A DNA stretch of 64,000 bases, taken from positions 260,109-324,108 of the forward strand of contig CAWCKJ010000006.1 of assembly GCA_963796105.1 (NCBI GenBank), given 5' to 3'. The translations under genes were made by a program, and so were the position numbers. Below, piece by piece: positions 21,730-32,950 of this stretch (position 1 is its first letter; each line of letters starts with the position of its first letter). This DNA is from a candidate division FCPU426 bacterium (lineage in GTDB: Bacteria; Oederibacteriota; Muellerivitia; Muellerivitales; Muellerivitaceae). The notes beneath the pieces were generated by a model. The model was not told the origin of the DNA. It made no database searches and saw nothing but the letters and a program-made list of their open reading frames with translations.

Positions 21730-21856
21730 TTCAAGTTTATCGGCAGGTTTTCTCGCGAAGCTTGTTTGTCTGCGTGAAAACATCTCGGCCGGAATTCGTC
21801 GTAATTTCAATGCGAGGATGGCTCGACTAGCTATATATCGAGTTGAATTTAAAGAA

Positions 21857-21979
21857 GCTAGGTACCTGCCACCCTTCTTTATCGAATAGCGGCTGGAAAC
21901 CAGCCGCTTATAAAATGCGAGGGTGGCGCACCCAGCTAAAACTTAAATTAAACAAGGAAGCTGGGTACGTGCCACCCAC
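21857..21979. repeat. REP-like cluster of three ~18-bp units in alternating orientation
   Basis: agctaggtacctgccaccc / gggtggcgcacccagct / agctgggtacgtgccaccc. Confidence 0.55.
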
Positions 21980-22020
21980 CTTTATAATTAACGGCGGAAT
22001 GTTTCCGCCGTATGTTCAGC

Positions 22021-22105
22021 GCGAGGGTGGCGAAACTGGCAGACGCACCAGATTTAGGTTCTGGCGGGGCAACCCATGGGGGTTCAACTCCCCCCCCTCG
22101 CACCA
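22021..22105 (+). tRNA. tRNA-Leu(TAG)
   Basis: GCGAGGG/CCCTCGC acceptor stem, CCAGA-TT TAG GT-TCTGG anticodon arm, long variable arm, GGTTCAACTCC T arm, CCA end. Confidence 0.95.
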
Positions 22106-22190
22106 TTTGATTCAAGACTCAAAGGAGACCCCGGCCTGGACCTAAGGGCTCCCGCTAATATTTTTCCATAAGATAAAAGAGAGGAACTTC

Positions 22191-23474
22191 GTGATAGTCA
22201 CCGTCAAGGACAATTCGGGATGTAGCAAAGAAATCCATGTGGAGATACCGGCTGACGCGGTCCAGTCCAAGGTGGACGCCATTTATAAGAAAATCGTTCA
22301 GGAAGCCAAACTGCCCGGTTTTCGCAAGGGGAAGGCTCCCCTGGACGTGATAAAAAAGAAATATAAAGACACGGTCAGGGAGGAAATGGTCAGGCATGAG
22401 CTTCCGGAGTACTTCAAGACCGCCTTGATCAACGAAAAAATCGAACCCGTGTCTCAGCCCCAGGTGACCCACCTTCAATTTGACGAGGGATCGCCCATGA
22501 AGTTCATCGGAATCGTCGAAATCAAGCCAAAATTCGACTTGAAAGAATACAAGGGCCTCAAGATTACCAAGGAATCCACGAAGGTGAAAGAAGAGGACGT
22601 GGATAAGACTTTGGACGGCTTGAGGGAGCAGGTCGCGGAATTCATTCCAGTGGAAAACCGTTCCGCTAAGGAAGGGGACCTGGTCGTCATTGATTTCGAG
22701 GGAAAAATCGACGGGAAAACCTTTGAGGGGGGGAAGGCCAACAGGTATCCCGCGCTTCTGGGAAGCCAGAACTTATTGAAGGATTTCGAGACGAATCTGG
22801 TGGGCGCGAAAAAGGGGGAATCCAAGACTTTCAAGATCACATTCCCGGCGAACTACGGGAAAAAGGAGCTGGAGGGGAAGGAGGCCGAGTTCTCAGTCAT
22901 CCTTCATGAGATAAAGGAAAAGAAACTGCCGATGGTGGACAACGATTTCGCGAAGAAGATCGCCCAAGCAGAGACGGTCAAGGATTTGAGGGAAAGGCTT
23001 GAAAAGGAAATCAAGGCCCACAAGGAAGTGGAGCAGCGCTCAAAAATGATCGAGCAAATCGGCGAAAAGCTGATCGGGGAGCACCCTTTCGATATCCCGG
23101 TCTCGCTGGTGGATTTGGAACAGCAAAGGCTTGTCCAACAGGGGGTCGAGAGGCTTCGGAACCAGGGGATCGACGCCGCCAAACTTTCCGACGAGCAAAA
23201 GAAGCAATTTGTCGAGAGCCTGAGGCCCGTGGCCCAGAAGAATGTGCGCATGGCTCTTCTCGTGGAGAAGATCGCCGAGGCTGAGAAAATCCGGTGCGAG
23301 GAGAAGGATTTCGAGGCTTATATCGACCGGCTCTCCAAGAACGCGAACCAGCCGCCGGACGCGGTGAAGCAATACATCCAGAAGCAGGGAAATGTCGACT
23401 CGGTCCGGGATTGGATCCGTTATGAGAAGACTCTGGATTACCTGATTTCAGTCTCGAAAGTGGACGCGGCTTAA
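22191..23474 (+). CDS. tig: Trigger factor
   Basis: LPGFRKGKAP signature, FKBP-like middle domain, tig-clpP-clpX synteny. Confidence 0.96.
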   Translation: MIVTVKDNSGCSKEIHVEIPADAVQSKVDAIYKKIVQEAKLPGFRKGKAPLDVIKKKYKDTVREEMVRHELPEYFKTALINEKIEPVSQPQVTHLQFDEGSPMKFIGIVEIKPKFDLKEYKGLKITKESTKVKEEDVDKTLDGLREQVAEFIPVENRSAKEGDLVVIDFEGKIDGKTFEGGKANRYPALLGSQNLLKDFETNLVGAKKGESKTFKITFPANYGKKELEGKEAEFSVILHEIKEKKLPMVDNDFAKKIAQAETVKDLRERLEKEIKAHKEVEQRSKMIEQIGEKLIGEHPFDIPVSLVDLEQQRLVQQGVERLRNQGIDAAKLSDEQKKQFVESLRPVAQKNVRMALLVEKIAEAEKIRCEEKDFEAYIDRLSKNANQPPDAVKQYIQKQGNVDSVRDWIRYEKTLDYLISVSKVDAA

Positions 23475-23641
23475 TAGTAAATAGTAACCTCTGAAAAAGT
23501 CGGCTATCGCCTCCTTTTTCAGAAAAACATTTATGGAAACCCCGCGATTTCCTGCGGAAATCTTTGGGGTCGAAACCTCTGTCGGCCGCTTTTAAATAGT
23601 TTTTTAGAGGTTTCAAGTAGAAACAAATTCATGGAGGATTT

Positions 23642-24241
23642 ATGGCTCTCATTCCAATAGTCGTGGAGCAGACGAACCGTGGGGAAAGGTCTTATGATAT
23701 CTACTCCAGGCTCCTGAAGGACCGCATCGTCATCCTGGGAACCCCGGTGAATGATGACGTGGCCAATACCATCATCGCCCAGCTTCTGTTCCTGGAATCA
23801 GAGGATCCGGATAAGGATATCAACATTTACATCAACAGCCCCGGAGGCGTGGTGACCTCCGGCCTGGCGATTTACGACACCATCCAGTACATGCGGGCGC
23901 CGGTTTCCACCATTTGCGTGGGACAGGCCGCCAGCATGGGAGCGGTGCTTTTGGCGGCGGGAGCCAAGGGCAAAAGATACAGCCTTCCCAATTCCAGGAT
24001 CATGATCCACCAACCCTCGGGAGGCACCCAAGGCCAGGCCACGGACATCGAGATCCAGGCCAAGGAAATCCTGAAAATCCGGGAGCGTTTGAACGCCATC
24101 CTGGCCCAACACACGGGCAAGCCGGTGGAGACCATCGCGCAGGACGTGGAACGGGACTTTTTCATGTCCGCGGAGGAAGCCAAGGATTACGGGTTGATCG
24201 ACGAAATCCTGGCCAAGAGGCCGGAGCCGAAGAAAAAGTAA
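23642..24241 (+). CDS. clpP: Clp protease proteolytic subunit
   Basis: [30 protein letters not shown]. Confidence 0.98.
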   Translation: MALIPIVVEQTNRGERSYDIYSRLLKDRIVILGTPVNDDVANTIIAQLLFLESEDPDKDINIYINSPGGVVTSGLAIYDTIQYMRAPVSTICVGQAASMGAVLLAAGAKGKRYSLPNSRIMIHQPSGGTQGQATDIEIQAKEILKIRERLNAILAQHTGKPVETIAQDVERDFFMSAEEAKDYGLIDEILAKRPEPKKK

Positions 24242-24258
24242 AACGAGGAGATAGTTCC

Positions 24259-25524
24259 ATGGCGGGTGATCGGGAAAAAACTTCCTTTTTAAGATGCTCC
24301 TTCTGCGGAAAGAACCAGGACGAGGTCAAGAAACTGGTGGCGGGGCCCACGGTTTACATCTGCAACGAGTGCGTGGCCCTCTGCAATGACATATTAAAAG
24401 ATGATATCAAGGGGGACGCCAAGGCCGGGGCGGCCAAGTCCAAAGTTCTGGTGCCGAAACCAGCCGAAATCAAGGGCATCCTGGACGAATACGTGATTGG
24501 CCAGGAAAAGGCCAAGAAGATATTATCCGTGGCGGTTCATAACCACTATAAACGCCTGACGGTCAAGCAGGGGCCGCAGGACGTGGAACTGCAAAAAAGC
24601 AACGTGCTCCTGATCGGGCCTACTGGCGTGGGAAAAACCCTTCTCGCCCAAACATTGGCCAGGATTCTGGACGTGCCTTTCGCGGTGGCGGACGCCACCA
24701 CCCTGACCGAGGCGGGCTATGTCGGGGAGGATGTCGAAAACATCATCCTCAAGCTCCTTCAAAACGCGGAATTTGACGTGGCCAAGGCCGAGCGGGGAAT
24801 TGTTTATATCGACGAAATCGACAAGATCAGCAGGAAATCCGAGAATGCCAGCATTACCCGCGACGTTTCGGGGGAAGGCGTCCAGCAGGCCCTCCTCAAG
24901 ATCATCGAGGGAACGGAAGTCAATGTTCCTCCCCAGGGAGGGCGCAAGCACCCCCACCAAGAATACATCAAGGTGGATTCCACGAATATTCTCTTCATTT
25001 GCGGGGGGGCTTTCGTGGGATTGGAAAAAATCATCGAGAACCGGATCGGCCGCAAGAGCATCGGCTTCAAGGGCGAGGCCTTGAGCCGCAAGGAAAAAAA
25101 ACTGGGCGAGCTTTTCGAGAAGACCCAGCCGGAGGATCTGATCAAGTTCGGGCTGATCCCTGAGTTTATCGGCCGGCTGCCGATCGTATCGGCCCTTCAT
25201 GAGCTGGATGAGGCGTCTTTGGTGAGGGTGCTCACCGAACCCAAGAACGCCTTGACCAAGCAGTATCAGAAATATTTCGAGATGGAAAACGTGAAATTGA
25301 AGTTTACCCCGGAGGCCTTGAAGGCCGTCGCGTTGGAGGCGATCCAGCGCCAATCGGGGGCCAGGGGATTGCGGGCCATCCTGGAAGAGGTTGTGATGAA
25401 CCTGATGTACGAAATTCCATCCCGCAAAGACATCAAGGAAGTGGTCGTGACGGAAGGGGCGATTCTTAAAAAGGAAGAACCCATCCTGGTTTACCAAAAA
25501 GGGTTCGGAGAAAACACCGCCTAG
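24259..25524 (+). CDS. clpX: Clp protease ATP-binding subunit ClpX
   Basis: CSFCGK..ICNEC zinc finger, [25 protein letters not shown] 24259 follows a GAGGAG RBS. Confidence 0.98.
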   Translation: MAGDREKTSFLRCSFCGKNQDEVKKLVAGPTVYICNECVALCNDILKDDIKGDAKAGAAKSKVLVPKPAEIKGILDEYVIGQEKAKKILSVAVHNHYKRLTVKQGPQDVELQKSNVLLIGPTGVGKTLLAQTLARILDVPFAVADATTLTEAGYVGEDVENIILKLLQNAEFDVAKAERGIVYIDEIDKISRKSENASITRDVSGEGVQQALLKIIEGTEVNVPPQGGRKHPHQEYIKVDSTNILFICGGAFVGLEKIIENRIGRKSIGFKGEALSRKEKKLGELFEKTQPEDLIKFGLIPEFIGRLPIVSALHELDEASLVRVLTEPKNALTKQYQKYFEMENVKLKFTPEALKAVALEAIQRQSGARGLRAILEEVVMNLMYEIPSRKDIKEVVVTEGAILKKEEPILVYQKGFGENTA

Positions 25525-25726
25525 CGTTAACCTGAAGCACTGACAAAATCCCTTTGGAAACCTTTGGAATTTTTAACATTCTCGTTTTCTGCAGAAATCC
25601 CAAAACCCCTTGACAGCGTCTTCGCCCAAGTTAAACTAACCAGACTTTTCACAGTAGGCCTTTGTTTTTTATTTTTGCTCAGGCAATTTAAAGTTTTCGA
25701 TATTAAATCTTATAAAGAGGTGTCCC

Positions 25727-26881
25727 GTGAGAAAAAAATACATTATGGCCCCAGGGCCAACTCCCATTCCCCCGGAAGTATTGGCGGAAGCCAGTATGCC
25801 CATTATTCACCACAGGACTCCCCAGTTTCAGGCCATATTTAAAGAGGCCAACGAGGGCCTGCAGTTTGTCTTTCGCACGAAGCAGCCTGTTTTGACCTTT
25901 ACCTCGGTGGGGACCGGCGTCATGGAATCGGCGGTCTCCAATATGACCTCCCCGGGCGAGAAAGTGCTCGTGGCATCCTCGGGACATTTCGGGAACCGTT
26001 GGAGGGAAATCTGCAAGGCCTACCAAGTGGAAGTGGAGCATTATGAGGTGGAGTGGGGCCAGGCGGTGGACTCGGCTGAAGTCACCAAAAGGCTCAAGGC
26101 CTCGCCGGAGATCAAGTTGGTCTATACGACCCTCAATGAGACTTCCACCGGGGTTGCCAACGACATCCAAGCCCTGACCAAAGCGGTCCATGAGGCGGGA
26201 GCCATGATCGTGGTGGACGCCATTTCGGGCCTGGGAGCCATTCCCTGCGAGACCGACGCTTGGGGAGTGGATTTGATCCTGGCGGGTTCCCAAAAGGGTT
26301 TCATGATCCCGCCGGGCCTTGGGTTTGTCTGCCTTTCCCCCGCCGCGATGGAAAAGACCAAGACCGCGAAAAGCCCGCGTTACTATTTCAGCTACGAAAA
26401 GGCCGCCAAGAAGTTGATCGAGGAAAAAATGCCGGACACTCCCTTCACACCGGCTATCTCCTTGGTGATCCAGCTCAAGAAGGCATTGGATCTGATCAAA
26501 CAGGAGGGAATGGAAAATGTCTGGAAGCGCCATGCCGGCTTGGCGAAGGCCACCCGCGCGGCGGTGCAGGCCCTGGGATTGAGACTTTTTGCGCCAAGCG
26601 CTCCCTCCAACTCCATCACTTCCGTGGACGCGCCAGATGGCATTGATACCGGCTTGATCAACAAGACTTTCCGGGATGTCTATGGGATGAGCATCGTGGG
26701 AGGGCAGGGCAAGCTGAAGGGAAAGATTTTCCGGATCGGCCATCTGGGCTACGTGGACGGGTCGGATGTTATTCTGGCTATTGCCACCCTGGAAATGGTT
26801 CTTCACAGGGTGGGCAAAAAGGTTCCATTGGGCGCGGGAGTTAAGGCGGCGCAGGAAATTATTCTGGCTGAGAATCTGTAA
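25727..26881 (+). CDS. Class V (alanine-glyoxylate/serine-pyruvate type) aminotransferase
   Basis: PGPTP, NETSTGV, VDAISG, GSQKGFMIPPG; adjacent to serA. Confidence 0.9.
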   Translation: MRKKYIMAPGPTPIPPEVLAEASMPIIHHRTPQFQAIFKEANEGLQFVFRTKQPVLTFTSVGTGVMESAVSNMTSPGEKVLVASSGHFGNRWREICKAYQVEVEHYEVEWGQAVDSAEVTKRLKASPEIKLVYTTLNETSTGVANDIQALTKAVHEAGAMIVVDAISGLGAIPCETDAWGVDLILAGSQKGFMIPPGLGFVCLSPAAMEKTKTAKSPRYYFSYEKAAKKLIEEKMPDTPFTPAISLVIQLKKALDLIKQEGMENVWKRHAGLAKATRAAVQALGLRLFAPSAPSNSITSVDAPDGIDTGLINKTFRDVYGMSIVGGQGKLKGKIFRIGHLGYVDGSDVILAIATLEMVLHRVGKKVPLGAGVKAAQEIILAENL

Positions 26882-26971
26882 TTGAAGCAATGGATTTTAG
26901 CTGACCTATTTGAAAATTAGGGGAGGGGTCCCGTTCCTTTTCGAGATTCGGAAAAGGGATCCCGCAAAGGA

Positions 26972-28561
26972 ATGGCCATGTTTAAAATTCTCGTTTCCGA
27001 CAAGCTTTCCGATGAGGGGATGCAGGTTTTCAGGAAGGAAAAAGACATTCAAGCGGATGAGGTCCTCAACAAGACTCCGGAACAGCTTAAAGCCGTCATC
27101 GAGAATTATGACGCATGGGTCATCCGAAGCGGGACCACCGCTACCGCTGAATTGATCGAGGCGGCCAAGAAATTAAAGATCATTGGGCGCGCCGGGGTCG
27201 GCGTGGACAACGTGGATTTAAAGGCCGCCACCAAGCGCGGGATTATCGTCATGAATACCCCCGATGGAAACACCATTTCCACCGCGGAGCACACCATCGC
27301 CATGCTCATGTCGATGGCGCGTCTGATTCCCCAAGCCATGCAATCCGTGAAAGAAGGCAAGTGGGAGCGGAGCAAATTCACCGGCTGCGAGCTGAATGAG
27401 AAGGTCCTGAGCGTGATTGGCCTCGGCCGAATAGGAGCCAACGTGGCCCGAAAGGCCATGGGCCTGGGAATGCGCGTCCTGGCTTTCGATCCTTTTATCG
27501 ATCCTTCCAAGGCTTCCGGCCATGATTTTGAGATTGTGACCTTCGAGGACGCCGTCAAGAGGGCTGATTTTATCACGGTCCATACTCCCCTCACCCCGGA
27601 AACCCGCGGACTTATCGGGAAGAAGGAAATAGCGGCGATGAAACAAGGGGTTAGGCTGGTGAACTGCGCCAGGGGAGGGATCATCGATGAGGCGGCCTTG
27701 TTGGAGGGTCTTCAAAGCGGAAAAGTCGCCGGTGCCGCCCTGGATGTTTTCGAGAAGGAACCCCCCACGGACAATCCCCTGTTGAAATTGAGCAATGTCG
27801 TTTGCGTCCCGCATTTGGGAGCGGCCACCAAGGAAGCCCAGGTCAACGTGGCGGTGGTTGTGGCGGAACAAATGGTAGAGGCCTTGAGGGGAGGGAGGGT
27901 CCGAAACGCGGTGAATATGCCTTCCTTGGATCCCAAGCTTCTAGAAGAGCTGAAGCCCTATTTGACCCTGGTGGAGAAAATCGGGACCTTTCATTCCCAA
28001 TTGGCTGAATCCTTTATTAAAAGCATTCATGTGGAATATAGCGGGGATATCGCGCGATTCGACACCAAACCCCTGACGTTGAGCCTGCTGAAGGGCATCC
28101 TTGAAAAAGGGTTGAGTGAAACCGTCAACTATGTCAACGCAATGGTGATCGCCAAGGAAAAAGGCTATGAGATCGCCGAGACCAACAGCAATAGCAGCAG
28201 GGATTTCTCGTCACTCATTACCGTCACTGTCAAAAACGAGAAAGGCTCCCATTCGGTTTCGGGAACGGTGTTCAGCAAGAAGGAGCTTCGGATCGTCAAT
28301 TTGGACGGGAACTCGACGGATTTCACCCCTGCCGGAAACATGATTTGGCTGGCTCACCAAGACCGTCCTGGAATCGTTGGGAAATTGGGCTCCACCTTGG
28401 GTTCCAACAACGTCAATATCGCGGGCCTACATGTGGGGCGGCAGGAAGTGGGCGGTATGGCGATCGCCATGGTGAATGTGGACAACGAAGTCCCGGATAA
28501 AGTCATGTCGGATTTGAGGCAAATTCCCCATATTCATGATTTAAAGTTCATTCAATTTTAA
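26972..28561 (+). CDS. serA: D-3-phosphoglycerate dehydrogenase with ASB/ACT domains
   Basis: GRAGVGVDNVD, GLGRIG, NCARGG, PHLGAAT, C-terminal DRPG ACT domain. Confidence 0.96.
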   Translation: MAMFKILVSDKLSDEGMQVFRKEKDIQADEVLNKTPEQLKAVIENYDAWVIRSGTTATAELIEAAKKLKIIGRAGVGVDNVDLKAATKRGIIVMNTPDGNTISTAEHTIAMLMSMARLIPQAMQSVKEGKWERSKFTGCELNEKVLSVIGLGRIGANVARKAMGLGMRVLAFDPFIDPSKASGHDFEIVTFEDAVKRADFITVHTPLTPETRGLIGKKEIAAMKQGVRLVNCARGGIIDEAALLEGLQSGKVAGAALDVFEKEPPTDNPLLKLSNVVCVPHLGAATKEAQVNVAVVVAEQMVEALRGGRVRNAVNMPSLDPKLLEELKPYLTLVEKIGTFHSQLAESFIKSIHVEYSGDIARFDTKPLTLSLLKGILEKGLSETVNYVNAMVIAKEKGYEIAETNSNSSRDFSSLITVTVKNEKGSHSVSGTVFSKKELRIVNLDGNSTDFTPAGNMIWLAHQDRPGIVGKLGSTLGSNNVNIAGLHVGRQEVGGMAIAMVNVDNEVPDKVMSDLRQIPHIHDLKFIQF

Positions 28562-28612
28562 AACGAGCCCAGATTCCTTGACAGCTATGGGTAGTAACGA
28601 TAATTTAGGCCT

Positions 28613-29194
28613 ATGAAAAGACTTCGAATCCCTATCGGCCTTCTGCTTTGCTTAGGTTTTTCCTTAGCCTATGCCGCGCCCAATTTTTGGAAGGCAAATG
28701 AGACTCCTACTCCTCCCGAACCGCCTCCTGTTCAGCAGGTGGAAGAACCTCTTCAATACCAAACAGCCACACCAACGCCGGTGCCTGCGCCTTTGTTGGG
28801 GGTTCCCAGTCCCACGCCGGAGCCGATCCCGGGGGTTTCCTCGAAGAATCCGACGGAAGCCGCCTTGTTCTCAGTGGTTATTCCCGGCTCGGGGCAGGTC
28901 TACGCGGGAGATCCCCTCAAGGGCATCGCTTTCGCGGCTCTTTTTGGTTTGGGGCTTTGGCAGACTCTAGATAATTTACAATTAGTCCCGGATCCCTCGA
29001 ATGCTTATGGCTCCAACGTGAAATCCAAGAATGAAAACGCGGGAGAACTCATCGGCTTCGCGACTTTGGCGGTTTATGGTTTTGGGATACAGGACGCGTT
29101 CGACACGGCCTCCGGTTATAACAAAAGGAATAATTTGAGTTTAAGCTTCGGCATTTCTCCTCAGGCCCACGCAACCCTTGCTTTTATGTTTTAA
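28613..29194 (+). CDS. Exported/membrane hypothetical protein (DUF5683-like)
   Basis: Signal peptide, Pro-rich linker, AALFSVVIPGSGQVY. Confidence 0.6.
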   Translation: MKRLRIPIGLLLCLGFSLAYAAPNFWKANETPTPPEPPPVQQVEEPLQYQTATPTPVPAPLLGVPSPTPEPIPGVSSKNPTEAALFSVVIPGSGQVYAGDPLKGIAFAALFGLGLWQTLDNLQLVPDPSNAYGSNVKSKNENAGELIGFATLAVYGFGIQDAFDTASGYNKRNNLSLSFGISPQAHATLAFMF

Positions 29195-29204
29195 AGTCAA
29201 ATCG

Positions 29205-30224
29205 ATGAAAATCCATCAAACTGAGTTCTGGTTTTCAAAGACAATCAAAAAAAAACATCTTTTGTTTTTGCTGTTTTTATCAGCCGCGCCTCTATCGGCC
29301 CTTGAAATCGATCCATTTTCGGCCTCTACCTTTATTCGGGATGATTTTACAATATCCTTCTTCCGAGAGGAGAAACCCAGCTTTTATTGGGTGAATGCCG
29401 GAGTCCCGAACGTGTTTTTTCAAGGCGTCAGCCAGACGGTCACATCCCCCCTAGCTTACGCGGTGAACGGCATTGAGTATGGAGTGGGAGCCAGCGGCTG
29501 GTTGACGGATCAAATCCAAGCGAGCGCGACAATCCCATTTGAGGCGAATTCGCTGCAACAATCCAGCGCCGTCACAACTAGTTCTGAATCCGTCACGCAT
29601 AGCCTGGAAAAACTTGGCGATATTGAACTGGATGGGACGTTTCTCTTCGTAGGAAACCGAAAGAAGGGTAATTTTATCGGGTTTAACGGATGGGTTTGTT
29701 TCGCGACAGGTTCCAATCCTTTTTCGCTGGCTTATCCCCTGCTTTCAACCGGAAAGGGAGCAAATCGGGAAGCTTTTGGGGTGGTCCTGGGCCAACAAGC
29801 GGGTGGATTTTCCTTTTTCCAAAGTATAAACTATGAAAAAACCGATTCGATCACGCTTTCCCCAACATCCCTATTCGGCGCCGGAACATTCCAGTGGCCC
29901 GATAATTGGTTCACGGCGGGAAGAGTCGAGTATCAGGCCTTTCATCGGGCTCAAAGGCTTGTTTCTTTTTTTTATGAACTGCGTTTGAGAAAGAGCGGTT
30001 TCATGAAAATGAATAATCAAGTCGTGTTTTACGGCGGCGAATACGGGGATAACCAAGCAAGGACGACGGACCTTTTGTTCGACTCCAGTTTAGGCATGGA
30101 TGTGAGGGTGGATAAAACTTTTTCCGCCTTGATTAAATTGACGGATTTTCCTGATGAGTGGGCTGACGATCGGCCTAACCAAGGGGTGTTGTTCTCTTTA
30201 TCCCTGGTGTTTAGGCCTCTCTAA
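29205..30224 (+). CDS. Hypothetical exported protein, probable outer-membrane beta-barrel
   Basis: Signal peptide, LGDIEL..TG..STG pattern, alternating hydrophobic C-terminus. Confidence 0.55.
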   Translation: MKIHQTEFWFSKTIKKKHLLFLLFLSAAPLSALEIDPFSASTFIRDDFTISFFREEKPSFYWVNAGVPNVFFQGVSQTVTSPLAYAVNGIEYGVGASGWLTDQIQASATIPFEANSLQQSSAVTTSSESVTHSLEKLGDIELDGTFLFVGNRKKGNFIGFNGWVCFATGSNPFSLAYPLLSTGKGANREAFGVVLGQQAGGFSFFQSINYEKTDSITLSPTSLFGAGTFQWPDNWFTAGRVEYQAFHRAQRLVSFFYELRLRKSGFMKMNNQVVFYGGEYGDNQARTTDLLFDSSLGMDVRVDKTFSALIKLTDFPDEWADDRPNQGVLFSLSLVFRPL

Positions 30225-30253
30225 ATTATTTTGTTTCACCAAGGAGAAGTTCC

Positions 30254-30625
30254 ATGCCTGAAGCGAATATGTTTATTGAAAAACGGGTTTATCCCCGAGT
30301 TTCAGTCAAGATGCCGGTCAAATACCGGGTCATTGAGGACCAAAAGGAAATCGATTCGGTGTTTGAGAGGAAGAAGAAAGAGCAAACTAGCCGAACGATG
30401 GACTTGAGCCTCGGAGGCCTTTACCTGGTGGCGGATCAAATTCTCGCTGTGGGCAGCATTCTGCGCCTTGACGTGGCCCTTCCAAGCCAACCCGGCCTGA
30501 TTTCGGCTTTCGCCGAGGTGGTATGGTCCAATGAAACTGGAGGGGGCCTCCATTTTCTGGCGATGAAAGAGGAAGATGTGGAATCGCTCAAGAACTATAT
30601 CAACCAAATTTCCCCGGAAAAATGA
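30254..30625 (+). CDS. PilZ-domain c-di-GMP receptor
   Basis: EKRVYPR (RxxxR) and DLSLGG (DxSxxG). Confidence 0.9.
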   Translation: MPEANMFIEKRVYPRVSVKMPVKYRVIEDQKEIDSVFERKKKEQTSRTMDLSLGGLYLVADQILAVGSILRLDVALPSQPGLISAFAEVVWSNETGGGLHFLAMKEEDVESLKNYINQISPEK

Positions 30626-30632
30626 AATATCA

Positions 30633-31850
30633 ATGGGACTAAGCTTCCATAAATTTTTTTTCCCGAAGTGGTATTTGTTTTTTTTGATTGGCGGGTGCTT
30701 AGGCGTGGGTTTGACCTATTTAGATCGAGTATGGGCCCTGGGTCTCGGGGCATTGCTGATTTGGGCGTTTGTCCTCATTGTCCGACGTCCGTTCAATCCT
30801 CGGGAATATTTTGACCGGATTTTATTGGAACTTTCTATTTCTCCCGCTTCCTCGGTTTTGGAAATGGTTGAGATTTCGAAGGAATCCCCTGATCCCGCCA
30901 AGAGTTTGATGGAAAAACTGGCCGAAAGAGTCCAAGTCCTGGAGAATGAGAAACAGGCGGGAACGATGAAACTTCAAGCTCACGAACCGCGCATCAACGA
31001 AAATTTGGAAAATTTAACTAAGGAGATGAATGTCGCCAACCAAACCTTTTACGATTTCAAGGACTTGATAAAGGATTGGGCGTCGAACATCGAAAAAGCC
31101 GGCCGGATCAACAAATCCCTCCTGCAATTGAACGAGCTCATCGTGAATGACAGCAAGAAGGTGGCCCAAGACACCGATTCGGCCGCTAAATCGGCCACCG
31201 ACGGTATTAAATCGGTGGGCAAGGAAATCAAGGCCATGACCGAGATCAAGGCCACCATCGGATCGTCGGCCGAGGTGATCAAGCAATTAAACCTTTCTTC
31301 GGAGCAAATCGGGGATTTCCTGACCACCATTACATCCATCGCGAGAAAAACCAATCTCCTAGCCTTGAATGCGGGCATTGAGGCCGCCCGGGCCGGGGAG
31401 CATGGACAGGGATTCGCCGTGGTCGCGAGCGAGATCAAGACTCTCGCGGAAGCCTCGGCCAAGGCGGCGGGTGATGTCAAACATTTGGTGGATGACATCC
31501 GCCTTAAGACCGGAAACGCTATTTCCCTGATCAGCACCACGGGTAAAATCGAGGAAAACGTGAATGTTGTTTACAACGCGGGGGATGTTTTCATGAACAT
31601 CGTCAAATCCATCCGCAAAGCCGGCGTCCTTTTAGGGGAAATCTCACAGGCCTTGGATGACCAAAGAAACGATAATGAACTGCTCGTTCAACTTCTTCAC
31701 AAGATTAATTCGACGGGGGGGCAGGTGAATGACAAGTTTGAGACTGCCCAAAAAGCGTTGGACCAGGTTCAAAAAACATCGAAAAAGTTGAGGGCAATAG
31801 TCGAAAATCCAGAAAATACATTTATCCCGGATCAACCCGGATTAAGTTGA
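30633..31850 (+). CDS. Methyl-accepting chemotaxis protein
   Basis: [37 protein letters not shown]; two N-terminal TM segments. Confidence 0.92.
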   Translation: MGLSFHKFFFPKWYLFFLIGGCLGVGLTYLDRVWALGLGALLIWAFVLIVRRPFNPREYFDRILLELSISPASSVLEMVEISKESPDPAKSLMEKLAERVQVLENEKQAGTMKLQAHEPRINENLENLTKEMNVANQTFYDFKDLIKDWASNIEKAGRINKSLLQLNELIVNDSKKVAQDTDSAAKSATDGIKSVGKEIKAMTEIKATIGSSAEVIKQLNLSSEQIGDFLTTITSIARKTNLLALNAGIEAARAGEHGQGFAVVASEIKTLAEASAKAAGDVKHLVDDIRLKTGNAISLISTTGKIEENVNVVYNAGDVFMNIVKSIRKAGVLLGEISQALDDQRNDNELLVQLLHKINSTGGQVNDKFETAQKALDQVQKTSKKLRAIVENPENTFIPDQPGLS

Positions 31851-31944
31851 CAGGTTTTGGTACGCCGGGTTAAAGTACTTGACTGTCGGTTAAGCTTGTG
31901 TGGCGTTCGTAAAATCAAAACAACCATATAAACAGAGGTTTTTC

Positions 31945-32922
31945 ATGATTAAATGCCTTGCTTGCGGCGCGGAGAACCCGGACGGCACAAAAATATGCGT
32001 GAAATGCGCGACGGAATTACCCAAACCCCCCGGAAAATCAAGACCGAAAGGTCCCGCTATCGCGGCACCGGCTCCCACTTATGGCGTAAAGGATATGGGG
32101 CGGGACATGGCTGATGCCTGTATCCTTTTAGTGATTCTCGCATTGGTTATTTTTGTTTTTTACGGCCAGGCCACTCGTTGGACCTTCCGCTTGACTGAAA
32201 AAGAGGAGGCCAAAATCATCCAGCCGGTCTCCTCCCCTGAAGCGCCGGTGGTTGCGGTCAAGCCTCAAAAGCATCAGACGGTCCATAAAAAAGCTATACC
32301 TGCCAAGGCCATCGTTTCCAAACCCAATACCGAGCGGCCTGTAGTCCAATACGGCACAGCCGAGACTTTTTACAACCGGGGAAAGAATGAATTCGATAAA
32401 AGAAATTATCATACCTCGTTCAATTATCTCCGCCAGGCTCTGGAAGTGGACCCGACTTTCGCGAAGGCGTATTTTGGCTTGGGTTATCTTTACGCCAGAT
32501 TCAGCATGGATGATACGGCCATCCGAATGTACAAAAAAGCCTTGGACTTTGACCCGAACTACGCCCAGTCCATCCACAATTTAGCTTATATGTATTATCG
32601 AGCCGGTAATTATGATGATGCCCTTGAAATGTACCAGAAGGCTATCAGCCTCGACGGTCAAAACGCGATTTATGAGTATAATTTGGGAAGCCTGTACTAT
32701 GACAAGAACGAAATGGATAACGCCTTGCAGGCGTTCCAAAAAGCATCCGCCTTAAAACCCAATGATCCCGATATTTACAACGATTTGGCGATGACCTACG
32801 AAAAGCTGGGAAGAAGACCTGAAGCGGAAGATTCCTGGCAGAAAGTTCTGCAATTCTCAAACAACGCCGACATCATTCAAAACGCCAAGTCTCACCTGAG
32901 CGCCTTGCAAGCTCAAGGCTGA
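31945..32922 (+). CDS. Zinc-ribbon, TM and TPR-repeat protein
   Basis: CLACGAENPDGTKICVKCA; multiple TPR units. Confidence 0.85.
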   Translation: MIKCLACGAENPDGTKICVKCATELPKPPGKSRPKGPAIAAPAPTYGVKDMGRDMADACILLVILALVIFVFYGQATRWTFRLTEKEEAKIIQPVSSPEAPVVAVKPQKHQTVHKKAIPAKAIVSKPNTERPVVQYGTAETFYNRGKNEFDKRNYHTSFNYLRQALEVDPTFAKAYFGLGYLYARFSMDDTAIRMYKKALDFDPNYAQSIHNLAYMYYRAGNYDDALEMYQKAISLDGQNAIYEYNLGSLYYDKNEMDNALQAFQKASALKPNDPDIYNDLAMTYEKLGRRPEAEDSWQKVLQFSNNADIIQNAKSHLSALQAQG

Positions 32923-32950
32923 TCCGGCATACTGAATACCAGGGGCGTTT

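Noticed and set aside
21917..21928. 12-nt match to the tRNA-Leu 5' end as an att site
   Set aside because: It is part of a local REP-like palindrome cluster with no element between the copies
23914..24258. 115-aa N-terminal extension of ClpX
   Set aside because: It overlaps clpP in another frame; the RBS and ATG at 24259 give a normal ClpX
24523..27871. Long antisense ORFs opposite clpX, the aminotransferase and serA (324, 395, 217 aa)
   Set aside because: Shadow ORFs of GC-rich conserved genes with no recognisable motifs
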